Below are positions 40,473-49,789 of a stretch of 64,000 bases of DNA, one piece after another. Below the pieces are notes generated by a model. The model did no database searches. It saw only the letters and a program-made list of their open reading frames with translations, and was not told the DNA's origin. Both the position numbers and the translations under genes were made by a program. Origin of the DNA: Patescibacteria group bacterium (GTDB lineage: Bacteria; Patescibacteriota; Patescibacteriia; Veblenbacterales; UBA10138); the NCBI GenBank assembly GCA_018817715.1, contig JAHITT010000001.1, forward strand, positions 34,690 through 98,689. The letters run 5' to 3'. Positions within the stretch are counted from its first letter, which is position 1. Every line of letters starts with the position of its first letter.

Positions 40473-41486
40473 TTAATTACTGCTTAAACGCAAAGTATTT
40501 TTATGAACTTTAAAATAATCAATCGTTTGCTTTAAACCTGTATCCAAAGGCTGCAGTGGAAACCAACCTAAATATTCCTTAGCTTTAGTTATACTGGGAA
40601 TGCCCTGCTTGCCCCAATAAGGCAAAGGCTCGGCTACCATAATCTCGCTTTTGCTTTCCGCTAAAGTTACTATCTTCTCCGCCACTTCAATAAAAGTATT
40701 TAAATCAATTGATCCCAAATTAAATATGCCATCACCTTCAAACTCCATTAATTTAACTAAACCTTCCACCATGTCACTAACATAACAAAAAGTGGAAGTG
40801 GCTTCTTTGTGACCATAAATAGTTAAAGATTCATCCCTCAAAGCATGAACAATAAAATCCGGTATCATACGTCCATCGTTCACTTTCATTCTGGGGCCGT
40901 AAGTATTAAAAATTCGGGCGATTTTTATACTTAAATCGTGTTGGCGACCATAATTAACTGCTAAACTTTCAGCAAAACGTTTGCCTTCGTTATAGCAACT
41001 TCTGGGGCCAACCGGATCAATAAATCCCCAATAAGTTTCTTCCAAAGGCTTACCCTCTTCCGGATCGCCGTAAATGGCCGAAGAAGAAGCTAACAAATAC
41101 TTGGCTTTATATTTTACGGCTAACTCTAAAGTATTCTTGGTGCCGTCGGCATTGCTTAATAAAGTTTCTATAGGCAATTTATTATATTCCTTAGGGCTAG
41201 TCGGACAAGCTAAATTATAAATCTCCTGCAAACCCTGCAGTTTAATTTTAAAAACTTCCAGTTCGGGAAATTTTTCCAAATCCAACGGCTGACTAATATC
41301 GTGACGAATAAATTCAAAATGCGGACTTTGTAATAATAAATCAATATTTTCTTCTTGACCGGTAATAAAATTATCAACACAAATTACGTTAGCGTTTTTA
41401 ATGAGTTCGTCGCATAAATGCGAACCAATAAACCCGGCACCACCGGCTACCAAAATATTCTTACGTTCTAATAATTGTTTATACAT
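40473..41486 (-). CDS. UDP-glucuronate decarboxylase (UDP-xylose synthase)-like SDR
   Basis: IYNLACPTSP, GPRSCY.EGKR and RIFNTYGPRM..DGR; start refined to MYKQLL. Confidence 0.88.
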   Translation of the reverse strand: MYKQLLERKNILVAGGAGFIGSHLCDELIKNANVICVDNFITGQEENIDLLLQSPHFEFIRHDISQPLDLEKFPELEVFKIKLQGLQEIYNLACPTSPKEYNKLPIETLLSNADGTKNTLELAVKYKAKYLLASSSAIYGDPEEGKPLEETYWGFIDPVGPRSCYNEGKRFAESLAVNYGRQHDLSIKIARIFNTYGPRMKVNDGRMIPDFIVHALRDESLTIYGHKEATSTFCYVSDMVEGLVKLMEFEGDGIFNLGSIDLNTFIEVAEKIVTLAESKSEIMVAEPLPYWGKQGIPSITKAKEYLGWFPLQPLDTGLKQTIDYFKVHKNTLRLSSN

Positions 41487-41562
41487 ATAAAGAAAAATTA
41501 TAAGTAATTCCTTAGTTAATTTTAGCCTAAAACCAAAGCATTTACAAACCAAGCTACTAAAC

Positions 41563-41690
41563 AAATCCCAAATTTTAAATCTTAATTTCTAAACAATACC
41601 CAAATCATAATAACTTGTTTTATTAGGAATTATTTAGGATTTAAGTTTTAGGATTTAAGTTTTAGGATTTTTGATTTTTAATTTTTGATT
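41563..41690. repeat. Heptamer-periodic palindrome without a gene in its loop
   Basis: AAATCCC-AAATTTT-AAATCTT-AATTTCT-AAACAAT-ACCC-AAAT opposite ATTATTT-AGGATTT-AAGTTTT-AGGATTT-AAGTTTT-AGGATTT. Confidence 0.75.
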
Positions 41691-42111
41691 CTTTAAATAC
41701 CCAACTTTTGGCCGCTGTAAAATAAAATAATGTACCCACAGCCAACAAAACAGCTTTGGCCAACAAATCCCACCAACCAACTTTAGCCACCAGCCACCAT
41801 AAACCTATTTCTATAAAAACTAAATAAATCAAAGATAAAGATAAAAACCGACCATAACCTTTAAAATTAAAAAAATTACCGCCCGTCGAAAAAGTCCAAT
41901 ATCTATTCCAAATAAAACTATTCAAATTAGCCACCAAAAAAGCTACGGCGTTCATTAACAAATACTGTTGCTGCCCAAAAGATAAGGTACGAGTTAATAA
42001 CCAATAAAGACCAAAATCCACCAGAGCATTACTTAAACCTACTAAACCAAACTTAATTAACTGGTTAAATAAACCTAACCATTGGCTCTTAATCTTAAAT
42101 AACCTGAACAT
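41662..42111 (-). CDS. GtrA-family membrane protein
   Basis: QLIKFGLVG..N..VD, SF.WNRYWTF and K.WVF. Confidence 0.9.
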   Translation of the reverse strand: MFRLFKIKSQWLGLFNQLIKFGLVGLSNALVDFGLYWLLTRTLSFGQQQYLLMNAVAFLVANLNSFIWNRYWTFSTGGNFFNFKGYGRFLSLSLIYLVFIEIGLWWLVAKVGWWDLLAKAVLLAVGTLFYFTAAKSWVFKESKIKNQKS

Positions 42112-42119
42112 AAATATTT

Positions 42120-44360
42120 TTAAGGTAAAACCGTAACGGACAAACCACCACGAAAATTAAGAGGCTCCACAAAAAATTGACTCTTTAATTCGTTTTTAGA
42201 ATTAAACATTCTAACGTGCGGACCACCACCTTCGCCCGGCGTAGTAACTATTTCGTTTTGACCATCACCATCTACATCGCCAATGCTAATATTAACACCA
42301 CCGCGAAAATTCTTTTCAAAAGCCATAAACTGCCTTAACAATTTCCCTTGGCCGCTAAATACTCTAACTTGCGGACCGCCCCCTTGACCGGGTGCTACAA
42401 TAATATCTTCTTTACCATCGCCATCACTGTCACCAACTGCTAAATTAATACCTCCTTTAAAAACCCAGGGATAAGGGTAAAATTCTTCCAATAAATTACC
42501 AAACTTATTAAACACGCGAACTGGCAAACGGCTATTACCTTGCGGGGCCACCACTATTTCCGGCTGGCCATCTTTATTAACATCGCCGGCCGCCACATTA
42601 ATGCCACCAATATAAGAAGGGTCGTAAGGAACAAATTGATACAATAAAACTCCCTGACCATCAAATATTCGAACTATGTTGCTACCACCCTTACCAACTC
42701 CTAAAACTAAATCCGTTTTACCATCACTGTTAAAATCCGCGGCCGCTATACTAAGCCCCCCACGCCAACCTTCGGCAAAAGCCATAAATTGATATTCCAC
42801 ACCACCTTTTAAATTAAACAACTTAACATGTGGTCCGCCGGCCGCTCTGGGTACGGTGGCAATATCGCTTTGACCGTCGCCGTCAAAATCACCGCTAGCT
42901 ATATTAACGCCTTGGGTAAACCTGGGGTGATAGGCAATAAATTTTTCCAACCGTTCACCCGAAACATCCAACAAACTAATTTCTGCCTGGCCTTTATTAC
43001 CCGGTGCCACAACAATTGGACTTTTAACAGCAAAAGCATTACTGCCCGCCAAACGCCAAGCAGCCGCTAAATTAAGTCGCCGTCCCACCTGGCCTTTAAG
43101 CCCGGGGTTGGCAAAGTCTATTTCTTCACCCGAAGCTATTAAAATATCCCGCAATTGCGAGGGTGACAATCTAGGATAAGCGGCTTTTAAAACCGCCAAA
43201 GCGCCCGACACCAAAGGAGCCGCCACTGAAGTACCACTCCAATAACCACCATAAGCTTCTTTAAAGCCTGGTTGCTCTTCGCTTAAAAATAAAGTACCAA
43301 AAATATCCGTGGCTGGCGCGGCAATATCTATGCAGCGACTGCCATAATTAGAAAATAGTGCCCGCGAATCATTTAATTCTAAACCAGCCACGCCAATTAC
43401 CTGGTTTTCTCCGTTATAACCATCGTCACACACGGGATACTGTGGCTGTTTATCCATATTAACACCAATTTGCTGTTCATTACCGGCAGCGGCCACCACC
43501 AAAATACCAGCCAAATAAGCCCGATGGATAGCATCTTGTAATATGGGATCAGAAACACTACCAACAAAACTTAAATTAATAATATCTGCTCGGTTGTCTA
43601 TGGCGTACTGTATACCGCGGGCGACCGTAACTGTGTTGCCAATACCAGCTGAATCCAATACTCGCACTGGCATTATTTTGGCATTCCAACTAACACCGGT
43701 AATACCTAAATTATTATTACCCACCGCCGTAGCTACGCCGGCCACAATCGTACCGTGATGCATAGCTACCTTGTTCCACACCTTGCCAAACTTAGGTTTG
43801 GGATCAGCTAAATTATCCACAAAATCCCAACCATATTGATCATCCACAAAACCATTACGATCATTATCTATATTATCACCCGGCACTTCCCAAGGATTAA
43901 ACCAAATATTAGGTGCTAAATCCGGATTATCTATATCTACTCCACTGTCTAAAACAGCGATTACCGGACGCAAAGGTAAATTCCGGGTACTTTCCCAAGC
44001 CTGAGGCGCTTTTATTTTATTTAAATATTCCTGCTGTTTGGGATAATGCGTGTCATTGGGTGTTAAAACAGTCCGATACTCAACTATGGCACTAACCTTC
44101 TTTATATCAGGTTGATTTAATAAATATTCTTTAGTTTCTTGGACTCCTAAACCAATCTGGCAAGCCACTTCTTGTACTTGATTATCAGTAGTCAAAACAG
44201 CTAAACGACAATTAGAAAAATTATTTATTGCCTCGGCTTGTTTAATAACATAAGCTAAAGTCGGCCCGGCTGGCAAAAACACCATAGCCAAGATTAAAAA
44301 CCCGAGTGCTAGGACCCGGGAATATAGCAACTGATTTTTATAAGATAATACCGGTTTCAT
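42120..44360 (-). CDS. Secreted S8 serine peptidase with C-terminal FG-GAP/VCBS-type repeats
   Basis: Catalytic triad motifs AVLDSG, HGT.VAG and SGTS.AAP; repeated GDxDGDG...GGGPHVR.F. Confidence 0.92.
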   Translation of the reverse strand: MKPVLSYKNQLLYSRVLALGFLILAMVFLPAGPTLAYVIKQAEAINNFSNCRLAVLTTDNQVQEVACQIGLGVQETKEYLLNQPDIKKVSAIVEYRTVLTPNDTHYPKQQEYLNKIKAPQAWESTRNLPLRPVIAVLDSGVDIDNPDLAPNIWFNPWEVPGDNIDNDRNGFVDDQYGWDFVDNLADPKPKFGKVWNKVAMHHGTIVAGVATAVGNNNLGITGVSWNAKIMPVRVLDSAGIGNTVTVARGIQYAIDNRADIINLSFVGSVSDPILQDAIHRAYLAGILVVAAAGNEQQIGVNMDKQPQYPVCDDGYNGENQVIGVAGLELNDSRALFSNYGSRCIDIAAPATDIFGTLFLSEEQPGFKEAYGGYWSGTSVAAPLVSGALAVLKAAYPRLSPSQLRDILIASGEEIDFANPGLKGQVGRRLNLAAAWRLAGSNAFAVKSPIVVAPGNKGQAEISLLDVSGERLEKFIAYHPRFTQGVNIASGDFDGDGQSDIATVPRAAGGPHVKLFNLKGGVEYQFMAFAEGWRGGLSIAAADFNSDGKTDLVLGVGKGGSNIVRIFDGQGVLLYQFVPYDPSYIGGINVAAGDVNKDGQPEIVVAPQGNSRLPVRVFNKFGNLLEEFYPYPWVFKGGINLAVGDSDGDGKEDIIVAPGQGGGPQVRVFSGQGKLLRQFMAFEKNFRGGVNISIGDVDGDGQNEIVTTPGEGGGPHVRMFNSKNELKSQFFVEPLNFRGGLSVTVLP

Positions 44361-44430
44361 TAAAGTTTACTATAACATAATTGCCTTGTCTTGTAAAACA
44401 AAAATCTTTTTTGTTTTATATCATTTATCC

Positions 44431-44638
44431 TGTCATTGCGAACTCTTTTTCCATTGTCATTGTGAACCACTCCCTCATGTCATTGCGAGGAGGTCGTAAG
44501 ACCAACGTGGCAATCTAGACTGCCGCGCTCATCCGCCAGCCGGCGGACATCGGCTCGCAGTGACAAACAACCCCATGTCATTCTGACCCCGCCGTCCGCC
44601 TTGGCCAGTTGGCAACTGGCGGAGCGGGAAAAAATCTT
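44431..44638. repeat. Cluster of GTCATT...TGAC REP/RPE-like palindromic elements
   Basis: TGTCATTGCGA (44431), TGTCATTGTGA (44455), a full element TGTCATTGCGAG...CTCGCAGTGACA (44478-44565), and TGTCATTCTGA (44576). Confidence 0.75.
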
Positions 44639-44663
44639 ATTCTAATAATCATCCCTAAATACC

Positions 44664-44692
44664 TTGACATTAAAGCGTTTTTAAGCTAATAT
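44664..44692 (+). promoter_or_regulatory. sigma70 promoter of the orphan gene
   Basis: TTGACA-N17-TAATAT. Confidence 0.6.
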
Positions 44693-44874
44693 TAACCATC
44701 AAAATGTAGCCACCGCTAATATAAATATAATATTTTGGCGAAATCCGCCGAAGTTTATATTACATTTTGTAAACAGTCAGTAACAAAAATAAATTAATTA
44801 ACTTATTAAATATAATCAAGATATTAACGAAGGCGGAATAAAAACAAAATCCAAAAAACAAAAAGGAGCTACCA

Positions 44875-45330
44875 ATGCATGACAGATACTATGTTAAAAG
44901 TTTGATCCAAAAATTTTTGGATCGAAAAAAACAAAATCCCCAAGCTGACGTAACAGATATTTTACAAGAAATGATTTACGAATACGCCTGGGAGCAACTA
45001 GAAATATCCACCATTCGGGCTACTAGTAAAAGTAAACACTGGATTATTCAAGGGCAAATAAAAGACCAGTTTGCCCGCGGCACTAATGGTAAAACAGTCA
45101 TTAATATTAAATTTGACTGGCTAAGGCAAAAAACTGAAAACGGTAGCAAGCCTATTAAGTTAAAAACTTTTCAATTAAAAGAATTGTATAAGTTTTCTTT
45201 AATTACTTACCCCGACCAGCCCAATCGCTTTAGTTTAGAAAAGCCAGCTTATCGCAACAAAAAAAATTCTAAAAATGGACTGTTTATCACTTTTATTCCC
45301 ACTGGTGACGAACAATTCATAAAAAATTAA
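44875..45330 (+). CDS. Orphan basic hypothetical protein
   Basis: 151 aa; SD AAAGGAG 6 nt before ATG. Confidence 0.7.
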   Translation: MHDRYYVKSLIQKFLDRKKQNPQADVTDILQEMIYEYAWEQLEISTIRATSKSKHWIIQGQIKDQFARGTNGKTVINIKFDWLRQKTENGSKPIKLKTFQLKELYKFSLITYPDQPNRFSLEKPAYRNKKNSKNGLFITFIPTGDEQFIKN

Positions 45331-45516
45331 ACTATTCACTAAATACATTTGATTACTAATAATACCTGCGGGGGAAAATAATTTTCTTTAAGGCGCGCTT
45401 TTTATTAAGCCGTCTTATTTTTTTACAACAATTAACCCCCACCCCCCTATTTTCACAGGAAAACAGGAAATTTTATTATCGCTATTACAATCTTAAGAAT
45501 GTAATTAATAAAACCA

Positions 45517-45556
45517 GGCAGATACTTCCATACTTGCGAGTATGGAAGTATCTGCC
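45517..45556. repeat. 40-bp palindrome, copy 1
   Basis: GGCAGATACTTCCATACT-TGCG-AGTATGGAAGTATCTGCC. Confidence 0.9.
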
Positions 45557-45589
45557 AAATAAATAATCTAATAAAAATTCTTCCATTAA

Positions 45590-46117
45590 TCACCTTACAC
45601 CTTTTAAATATTTTTCAAAGTCTTTGTTTAACTTCCCTTTAAGCTGTAAATTTTTTAAAACAACATATAATTTATCTTTCTGTTTTTTGTTAGCGGTAGC
45701 TATAATTTCTTTAATTAAAAGTTCTGGCCAATGATACATCGGATAAGCACGGCGTAACTTGGTCCAAGGAGAACCATCATCTTTTTTTAATAAATTTATC
45801 TCCTTATTTTTCGTTCTGTTAAAAATCATTCTAAAACCTTCACCAGCCTCTTGTAGCCAAATATTTATTCTAGAAATTGTCTGACTGCCCACTCTCAATT
45901 CACTCATAATCTCCTGATAACTAACACCCCTTAATAATAACTTGGCTATTTTTAAACGCTTAGCCAACATAGTTAGTTCGGAACGAGATAAAAGATCTTG
46001 AAATATCACGGCCATTTCCTTAAAACCATTAACAGTTGCCAAAGATCTAAAAAAATCCAGCAACAATTCTTGTTCGTCTTTTTTGGATAACTTATGATAA
46101 GGCGAAAATTTAGCCAT
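45590..46117 (-). CDS. TrpR-like (YerC/YecD) helix-turn-helix protein with a C-terminal extension
   Basis: F.DLLS.SE..MLAKRL.IA.LL..G.SY.EI..EL.V...TISRI; start refined to MAKFSPY (175 aa). Confidence 0.85.
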   Translation of the reverse strand: MAKFSPYHKLSKKDEQELLLDFFRSLATVNGFKEMAVIFQDLLSRSELTMLAKRLKIAKLLLRGVSYQEIMSELRVGSQTISRINIWLQEAGEGFRMIFNRTKNKEINLLKKDDGSPWTKLRRAYPMYHWPELLIKEIIATANKKQKDKLYVVLKNLQLKGKLNKDFEKYLKGVR

Positions 46118-46147
46118 ATTTTTAAATAAAAATAAATAAACATACCC

Positions 46148-46191
46148 GTCATTTTCTTCCACCCTGCGTCCGTTGGGTGGAAGAAAATGAC
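46148..46191. repeat. GTCATT...AATGAC hairpin upstream of the TrpR-like gene
   Basis: 17-bp arms GTCATTTTCTTCCACCC / GGGTGGAAGAAAATGAC. Confidence 0.75.
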
Positions 46192-46337
46192 AAAAAATAC
46201 CCAAAAAATAATGGGTAAATAACAGGCTTAAATATCACATAATTAGTCCCTCCAACTAATTAATATTAGATAATTAAACTTTACTACTTTTAACTAAGCT
46301 AGTAAACAAAGCTAATGAATGACCTGCTTGTCTTATC

Positions 46338-46377
46338 GGCAAATACTTCCATACTTGCGAGTATGGAAGTATTTGCC
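46338..46377. repeat. 40-bp palindrome, copy 2
   Basis: GGCAAATACTTCCATACT-TGCG-AGTATGGAAGTATTTGCC. Confidence 0.9.
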
Positions 46378-46414
46378 AAAGGGAATAGATAAAAAATAAA
46401 TTAATAACCAAACC

Positions 46415-46445
46415 AAAAGAGACTCGCTGACTGCGAGTCTCTTTT
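46415..46445. terminator. Intrinsic terminator after the 383-aa surface protein
   Basis: AAAAGAGACTCGC-TGACT-GCGAGTCTCTTTT. Confidence 0.8.
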
Positions 46446-46466
46446 TTTTAACTGTTTTAACAGTAA

Positions 46467-47618
46467 TTATCGGGTAGCTCCCGAATAAGCAATGGCGCGT
46501 ACGGCATCCCAATCACTGGCTGTGCTGGGCGCTTTGCCAAAAATAGCTTTAAAGGAATTAATAGCGACTTTTTCAGAATTCATATTCCTATTAGCGCTTC
46601 TAAGTCCGTAAGCCATAACAGTAATGGCCGCGTCGTCGTGGGCGTTAGTGCGCACGGCGTCTCTTAAGTAAATCTTTTTAAAAGTCGCAGCCACGGCTTT
46701 TTCTTGCGCGGCGTTCAAGGTACCAGGCCAGCGACCGTTGGCGATTTTTATTACATCTTGCCAATCGGTTTCGCTAGTTGGCACTCGGCCAAAAGCGGCT
46801 CTAAAACTATTCACTACGCCAGCCCTTTCCCCTGCCCCCAGGGCAAGAGTAGTAGCTGTACCATAAGTTACGAAGCTGGTAACCTGGGCCCTAGTAGCGG
46901 CTGGCGTGCTCGCCAGTACCACTCTGGCCACAATGGTAGAATCGTATTTTTGTTCTAAACCCAAGTTGCGCTGTAAACCCATTTCCCCAGCCATTTCACT
47001 AGCTGTTTTGCTTATCACATTAACAGCTTCTTGAGCCATAGTTTGCACCTGATTAGCCCGTTCGGTAATAGTTTCTGGTTCAGGTGTAGGAGTTGGAGTC
47101 GGCGTAGGGGTTGGTGTAGGAGTTGGAGTCGGCGTAGGGGTTGGTGTAGGAGTTGGAGTCGGCGTAGGGGTTGGTGTTGGTGCTACATAACTACTTCCAC
47201 CACCACTTCCTGAATTACAACTTCCAGTTAATGGAACTACTGCGTACGTACCACTACCCGAAGGTAACTCTACATAACTTGTCCCAGGTGTTGAATTAGC
47301 ATTACAGGTTACCCGATTACCACTCAAAGTAACTTCTATTGATTGAACAGAAGAATTACTAGAAACTACCTTAAAAGTATCTGTGGCATCAGGATTAGTT
47401 ACAGTAAAAGACCCACTATCAAAAGACCAACTTTCAGCCCTGGAACCACTAAGAATCAACATATCTGCTGTTCCTGAACCCAAAGTAACACTAGCCACTG
47501 TAATATCCCCATTAGCTATAAAATCCGTAGTAGCTGCTTTAACTGGTACAGCTACCAATAAAGCCAACGCCGTTATAACTAGCGCTTTCCAACCAAAACT
47601 TAAAAATTTGTTATACAT
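46467..47618 (-). CDS. Secreted surface protein with a Pro-Thr linker and a helical C-terminal domain
   Basis: Signal peptide (PVKA|A), Ser/Thr-rich beta domain, (PT)n linker, C-terminal GAGERAGV...IANGRWP...AYGLR...AIAYSGATR. Confidence 0.85.
   Translation of the reverse strand: MYNKFLSFGWKALVITALALLVAVPVKAATTDFIANGDITVASVTLGSGTADMLILSGSRAESWSFDSGSFTVTNPDATDTFKVVSSNSSVQSIEVTLSGNRVTCNANSTPGTSYVELPSGSGTYAVVPLTGSCNSGSGGGSSYVAPTPTPTPTPTPTPTPTPTPTPTPTPTPTPTPTPEPETITERANQVQTMAQEAVNVISKTASEMAGEMGLQRNLGLEQKYDSTIVARVVLASTPAATRAQVTSFVTYGTATTLALGAGERAGVVNSFRAAFGRVPTSETDWQDVIKIANGRWPGTLNAAQEKAVAATFKKIYLRDAVRTNAHDDAAITVMAYGLRSANRNMNSEKVAINSFKAIFGKAPSTASDWDAVRAIAYSGATR
47083..47172. repeat. Three exact 30-bp tandem repeats encoding the PT linker
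   Basis: GGTGTAGGAGTTGGAGTCGGCGTAGGGGTT x3. Confidence 0.95.
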
Positions 47619-47663
47619 AGGCGTGGTTTAATTAAATTATAAAAATATTAATTAAGCCAACGC

Positions 47664-48467
47664 TTAGTTAACTATAATATATTGCAAAGTCGCAGCATTA
47701 GCTGGAGCTGCTGAACACTTTACCTGGAAACTAGTAGAAGCTGTTCTGGTATATACACCGCAGACGGCAGCTGTCGCGTTAGCGCCAACACTTACACCTA
47801 TGTAAGAGTTAGCAGTTACGCTGGCAGCATCAGCCGTAATAGTAAAATCAGTAGCTGTAGCGTCCGGCACCCAGCCAAAAGCATCATCAGCCAAATTTCC
47901 TTTAACTACCTTAGTTATAGCCGTACCGCCACCCAAGGTAGTAGTACCAGTAACAGCTAAAGTACTGCCCAAGGTTACGGCACCAGCTATATGCCCGCTG
48001 TCAGCCACGTATAAACCTTGGTCCCAATTGGTACCTTCCACGTAAATACCGTATTCCGTAGAAGCGGTAGCTGCCGCTTGATCATTTACATGCAAACCAT
48101 ATACCGGGTTTGTTCCATCACCCGTAACATTAGTTAAATCTATATAAGCACCCTTGTAAGCATCGGTTGCCGTAACCGCGGCGGCGGCCGACAAAGCCAA
48201 CAAAGTGCCAGTAGTCATAGTAGCAGGTGGAACAATTGTCACGTTTCCATTGGTACCATTAACGGTAAATTGAGAAGTATCAACAGTAATACCTCCGTTA
48301 GCCGCCAAAGCACCAGTTAAAGTACTAGCACCAGTAACAGCTAAGGTACCACCTGTAGAAACATTGGTACCAATAGTCGTAGCGGCATAAGCGCTACCGG
48401 CTACTAAAGTAAGCACCAACATAGTTATTGGCACTAAGTAGCGCCTGAATTTATTAGGGTTAAACAT
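47664..48467 (-). CDS. Secreted Thr/Ala/Gly-rich surface protein (fibre/adhesin-like)
   Basis: Signal peptide (AYA|ATTIGTNV) and repeated TLAVTG.xTL.G beta motifs. Confidence 0.75.
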   Translation of the reverse strand: MFNPNKFRRYLVPITMLVLTLVAGSAYAATTIGTNVSTGGTLAVTGASTLTGALAANGGITVDTSQFTVNGTNGNVTIVPPATMTTGTLLALSAAAAVTATDAYKGAYIDLTNVTGDGTNPVYGLHVNDQAAATASTEYGIYVEGTNWDQGLYVADSGHIAGAVTLGSTLAVTGTTTLGGGTAITKVVKGNLADDAFGWVPDATATDFTITADAASVTANSYIGVSVGANATAAVCGVYTRTASTSFQVKCSAAPANAATLQYIIVN

Positions 48468-48860
48468 AAGCAAACAAATTTAATTATTAATGACAAATAT
48501 CAAATAACAAATCAATTGCTAAATGATTAATGTCAAATTTATAAAACTATTGTTATCAGCCAACCGGTTTAGGCAAATAACAAAATATTTTGTTTTTATT
48601 TTTTTACTGTTTGTTAACTAAACAGTCCGACCTTACCCTGTTTAATTTACTTACAGCGAATTTTTAAATTAAGGCTTATAAAAACAAAAAACCCAAAAAA
48701 TGGGTTCTAATAAACTACTGGGTCGCCAAAGCGATCCGCAAATATAATGCTATTTTGTAACCTAACTACAGGTTCAAAAAACATTTGACTTAGCCTTAAT
48801 TACTCCTTGGTTATTGCCTTCCCAATAACCACTAGCCTCCTTAGGCTATGATACTATTAT
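48468..48860 (-). promoter_or_regulatory. ~385-nt structured 5' leader with an upstream TATAAT
   Basis: ORF-free. Hairpins TAGCCT/AGGCTA, TGGTTATTG/CAATAACCA and long-range AATTAAGGCT/AGCCTTAATT; motifs shared with 53432-54219. Confidence 0.6.
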
Positions 48861-48940
48861 ATACAAAAGTCAAAACAACGCAACTAAAATAACTTTGTAA
48901 AACAAAAAGCTTTTACAAACCGCGAATAAAAAAGTATTCA

Positions 48941-49660
48941 CTACCTAATTTTTCCAGTTAATCTAGCTAATTCTTGACTGGCAATTTGGTCTTTATTATT
49001 TTTTGAAATTATAAAACGATACTCCAAAATAGCATCTTGGATACTGCCAATATTTTCCAAATACCTGGCAAAAGAATGATGTAAATCTAAATTATGATCC
49101 GTAGCTAAAAAAGATTTATTATACAATTCTCTTATTGCTCCTTGATTAGAACCTAATCTATATCTATTAAGCTCAATTAATTTAGACCAATTTATAACCA
49201 TAGTTGGCTCTATCTCTGTGGCTTTTTTTAAAGCTTGTTTAGCTAATTCATAGTCCCCAACTTGTTCATAAAGTGAACCTAAATTACTCCACGGGACAGA
49301 AATAAAAGGGTTTTGTTGAGAAGCCCATAAATAAGACTGCCTAGCCTTGTCTAATAATCCTAAACTTTCATAATTAATTCCTAATAATAAATACGACTCA
49401 GATAAATTAACTCCTTGCTGACTAGAAAAATCATTCAATTTTTTTTGCAGTGTTTTAATTTGTTCTGTTATACCTTGTCTTTCTTGTTCTGATAAATTAA
49501 CTTCTATATTATTTATACTGCTGTCAAAAATTAAATCTACTGAATTATTAAACGAACTTACTTTTACTTGTTCCGCTGGGTTAAAATAAATAAAAATAGC
49601 AGTAGTCAACACCAAACTGATTGATATTAATATAAAAATTTTAAATTTACTTTCCAACAT
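48941..49660 (-). CDS. Membrane-anchored TPR protein
   Basis: N-terminal TM helix; TPR patterns such as WSNLGSLY...GDY..A..A..KA..IEP. Confidence 0.85.
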   Translation of the reverse strand: MLESKFKIFILISISLVLTTAIFIYFNPAEQVKVSSFNNSVDLIFDSSINNIEVNLSEQERQGITEQIKTLQKKLNDFSSQQGVNLSESYLLLGINYESLGLLDKARQSYLWASQQNPFISVPWSNLGSLYEQVGDYELAKQALKKATEIEPTMVINWSKLIELNRYRLGSNQGAIRELYNKSFLATDHNLDLHHSFARYLENIGSIQDAILEYRFIISKNNKDQIASQELARLTGKIR

Positions 49661-49696
49661 ATATAAAATTATAGCAAATACAAAAATTTAAACAAT

Positions 49697-49728
49697 AAAA
49701 CAACCCCCACTTAAGTGGGGGTTGTTTT
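49697..49728. terminator. Intrinsic terminator of the large surface protein gene
   Basis: Perfect palindrome AAAACAACCCCCACTTAAGTGGGGGTTGTTTT. Confidence 0.85.
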
Positions 49729-49789
49729 GTCAAATTGTCGTTTTAACCTTTTTGGTAAAACAGCAAATGACTTTTAACTATTACTAACT

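Noticed and set aside
45517-46377. Palindromic 40-bp repeats as a CRISPR array
   Set aside because: There are only two copies, separated by about 780 bp containing a gene, and no cas genes.
47083-47172. 30-bp tandem repeat as a CRISPR array or non-coding repeat
   Set aside because: It has no spacers and is in frame within a CDS, encoding a Pro-Thr linker.
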